The notes under the pieces are model-generated. The model was not told the DNA's origin, made no database searches, and saw only the letters and a list, made by a program, of their open reading frames with translations. Position numbers and translations under genes: made by a program. DNA of 62,935 nucleotides, counting the filler, from Craspedostauros australis (Eukaryota): assembly GCA_030167865.1 (NCBI GenBank). It is 11 parts of 11 records of this genome, joined end to end, with 100 filler letters (N's around TTAATTAATTAA, not from the genome) between each part and the next. Parts side by side here need not be neighbours in the genome. Positions count along the whole stretch, not along the records: positions 58,810 to 61,627 come from JALAGF010002542.1; positions 61,728 to 62,935 come from JALAGF010002544.1; 9 more parts are not named here. The stretch is one strand, 5' to 3'. Shown piece by piece: positions 60,208 to 62,935 of the stretch. The first letter of the stretch is position 1. Each line of letters begins with the position of its first letter.

Positions 60208-61727
60208 CTTTGCGTTGTTGTTGTTGTCGTGCGATCTGGAGTTGTTGTTAGAACGTTGTGTGTTACTGTGTGGTTGTTGTGATTCGGTTGATCCTGTTAA
60301 AATTGTGAGAGATAGATGAGGCGAAGCTCCGACTGTCGGTTGTTGTTGGAGGTATCCTTCAAGTATTTGAAGGTATGTGTTGATTAGCGCTGAGTATTGC
60401 TACGTATTGGTATGTACGCTCTCTCTGTCTGTCTGCATTGTGTCGTGCAAAGTATTGGCAGAGGGTGGCTATTCATGCACAACGACCAGCGGGATGTCAC
60501 TTCGTTGGGTCACGCACACCTACGTCAGGCGAAAAGCAATGCTAGCGCCAACGACAACAAGAACAACATCAACGAACGTCCCTGGTTTCTCATGGGGATC
60601 CAAGTTTCTCTTCTTGTTTCGCTCTTCTCTGTCGTCTTGTCGGCCACCCAAGCCAATGCTCGTAACACCGCCAGGCCAACAACTGTAGTTTCACGGACAG
60701 GGAAAACCATGACAACGACAACAAAAACGAAAACGACCACAGCAGCACAAGTTACATGGCTCGTAAGACCACTCCACGCTGATGAACACTCGTACGTACT
60801 TACGCTCTCGCCCACACCAAGGACGAACAACTCACGCGACAGCGATCACGACAACAACAACAGCAACAACAACAACAACACGGAAAAGAAAGTGAGACTG
60901 GATTGCCTGCGTACAGAACACGGAGGTTCCAAGACAATCCAAAACAATCCAGACACAAGCAGAAAATATCTCCATTCCACCGACGCTTCGTTCTGTTTGC
61001 TACTGAAAACCATGTCGCATTCTCTTTGCATTTCTCCGTCTTTGAGTGACACCTTGGACGCATCTTGTTTGAATCCAATACCCATGCCTCAAGCATAAAT
61101 ACTATCAGAGGGGCTTGTCATTCCAAACGTCACGACACCATGATCACTCACTACGACATGTTTGACAGGTCACAATAATTATGCTTCAGAGCCTTCTATT
61201 CGTACTCGTAACCCACGTTCTTCGCGTGACGAGAACGGACTATCCGCTGTGACATTTAAAACACCGAGCAAACAACACGGATCGAGAGACAGCACAACTT
61301 TGAAAGTAGCGGTAGAATATACATAAAGACACGAAACAGAGAAAGCGAACACGAGAGTGAATGAACAAAACGGACAGCGAAAACACAAATACGAACAACT
61401 CTACATACACGTCTCAATGGCACATCAACCCAAACGTGCCATGCCAACACCACAAACAAACCAACAACCGGACTTCAGCAAATGAAGATGTCCCAGCGAC
61501 CCATTGGTGAATGCATTGAAGATCCTCCACCGTTGGATAGACAATTACAGTTACATTTTACATTTACAGTACCATTGACATCGGAACATTAATCTGCGAC
61601 TGTTGCGTCTGCACTTCCGATTGAACANNNNNNNNNNNNNNNNNNNNNNNNNNNNNNNNNNNNNNNNNNNNTTAATTAATTAANNNNNNNNNNNNNNNNN
61701 NNNNNNNNNNNNNNNNNNNNNNNNNNN

Positions 61728-62417
61728 ATCTACGAAACAGATTGAAGCGCCGAGAGCATCGGGCAAGAGAACGGGCGTACACCAAGAGGATCGGAGTAGC
61801 CAAGTAATGAACTAGCAAACAGACGACTATCAACCAACACCATCTTCCACGATCGTAGGTTACCGTGAGCGGAACTTGCCAACAATGGTTGTGAGCGGGA
61901 GATATGATCGGATGAAGCAGCTGCCTTCGGACCGTCCTTCATTTTCAAAAATGTTGGATTTCAGAAATGGGCTGCCAATGTGCATTGAACGGAGATCTGA
62001 CGGTGCATGCTTGGCAGGGATGGATACATATGGGGTGTATGGAGACAATGAGATGCGCAGGTGGCCGAAACGAGACGGTTATGGGCATCATCTTGGATGG
62101 CAAAGTGATGGCACCATGGTCCCATCCAGAATTTTGCGCCACACACAATCCCACGTTGACAACAAAAATGATGTTAAATTTGAAGTCAATTTAAATTTAA
62201 GTTCAATATTCTTATTCGCAGGCAACGATTTGTTCCCATGGTACACTTATTTTTAATTGTGAATGATGTGGTGTTGCGATATAGCATCATAAGTGTTTAT
62301 TGGGATGGATTGCAATTTTGCTCTAGTCTGGACTACGCAACACGACTAATCCCACGTTGGAGGGCAAAAAACTCTACAACTAGTGCTATCGCTTTGCCGA
62401 GTGAGTGAGGTGGAAGG
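61728..62417. mobile_element. Second copy of the TA-targeting transposon terminus
   Basis: Matches 36370-36795; TA at 62418-62419. The left part is lost in a gap. Confidence 0.8.
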
Positions 62418-62621
62418 TAGGCAAAGTGTGCACGAGCGGCAGAGTCGTCCAAGACACCAAGCTGGGCAATAACAAAAAGCAAGACCACAATGCACGGAAT
62501 GTTCAGGTGAAGGAGGGCATATGAATAAATGTGCCCTTTCAGTCGCAAACCAACGAGTCGCGGGAGAGAGCGATATTTCTGGCCAGTTGGTTCGTCCTTC
62601 CGATACTGGAGGTGGTTGTAA

Positions 62622-62804
62622 GGGTCATAATTTCATAATCTGGGCCTCTCGGCCAATCATATCGCTCCATTTAGGGCACAAGATACCTTTCGGCTCCTCG
62701 TTGAATTGGGGGTCAACGTCGACATAACGTCAATCGAAATAATTATGAACTCATTGTCCGCGAATATGAACGCTCCTCAGAGACCGTTCATAATTTCATA
62801 ATCT
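62622..62804 (+). repeat. Possible Harbinger/MITE terminus with a repeated 17-mer TCATAATTTCATAATCT
   Basis: 17-mer at 62625 and 62788, inverted partial AATTATGAAC at 62741; begins TAA|GGG. Confidence 0.4.
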
Positions 62805-62935
62805 CTCTGACGAGTCGTGGTAGTCCAAAATTCGTTCTCAACGGCTACATCGGATGTCGAGATGTACATGTGAGTATATGTCAAGATGTACGTGTATATG
62901 TGCATCGTTCACCCGCTATTCTCTCATACGCACTT

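Noticed and set aside
60397..61098. 233-aa plus-strand ORF
   Set aside because: Low-complexity sequence upstream of the 59275 gene, non-ATG start, no motif.

Overview
Eukaryotic nuclear DNA, most likely from a diatom (GT-AG introns, DUF6824 protein, diatom-type 7TM receptors, Ambal-like LINE). It is a scaffold of about 11 contigs joined by artificial N44-TTAATTAATTAA-N44 linkers, so adjacency across linkers is unreliable. Host genes: an ankyrin-repeat protein, a 3-exon P2-type ATPase with atypical ion-binding residues, an SLC35A-type nucleotide-sugar transporter, a bZIP factor, two tandem 2-exon GPCR-like genes, a DUF6824 protein and an RVxF-motif diatom-family protein. Much of the rest is transposon-derived. 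A degenerate ~9 kb APE-RT-RNaseH LINE sits inside a TA-flanked TIR element. The best candidate for an under-described system is a multi-gene PIF/Harbinger-like DNA transposon. Its DDE transposase is paired head-to-head with a KOW-motif gene in two diverged subfamilies, with two further ORFs alongside one copy and 20-bp-period repeat arrays nearby. All family assignments come from motif recognition by eye; no searches were run.
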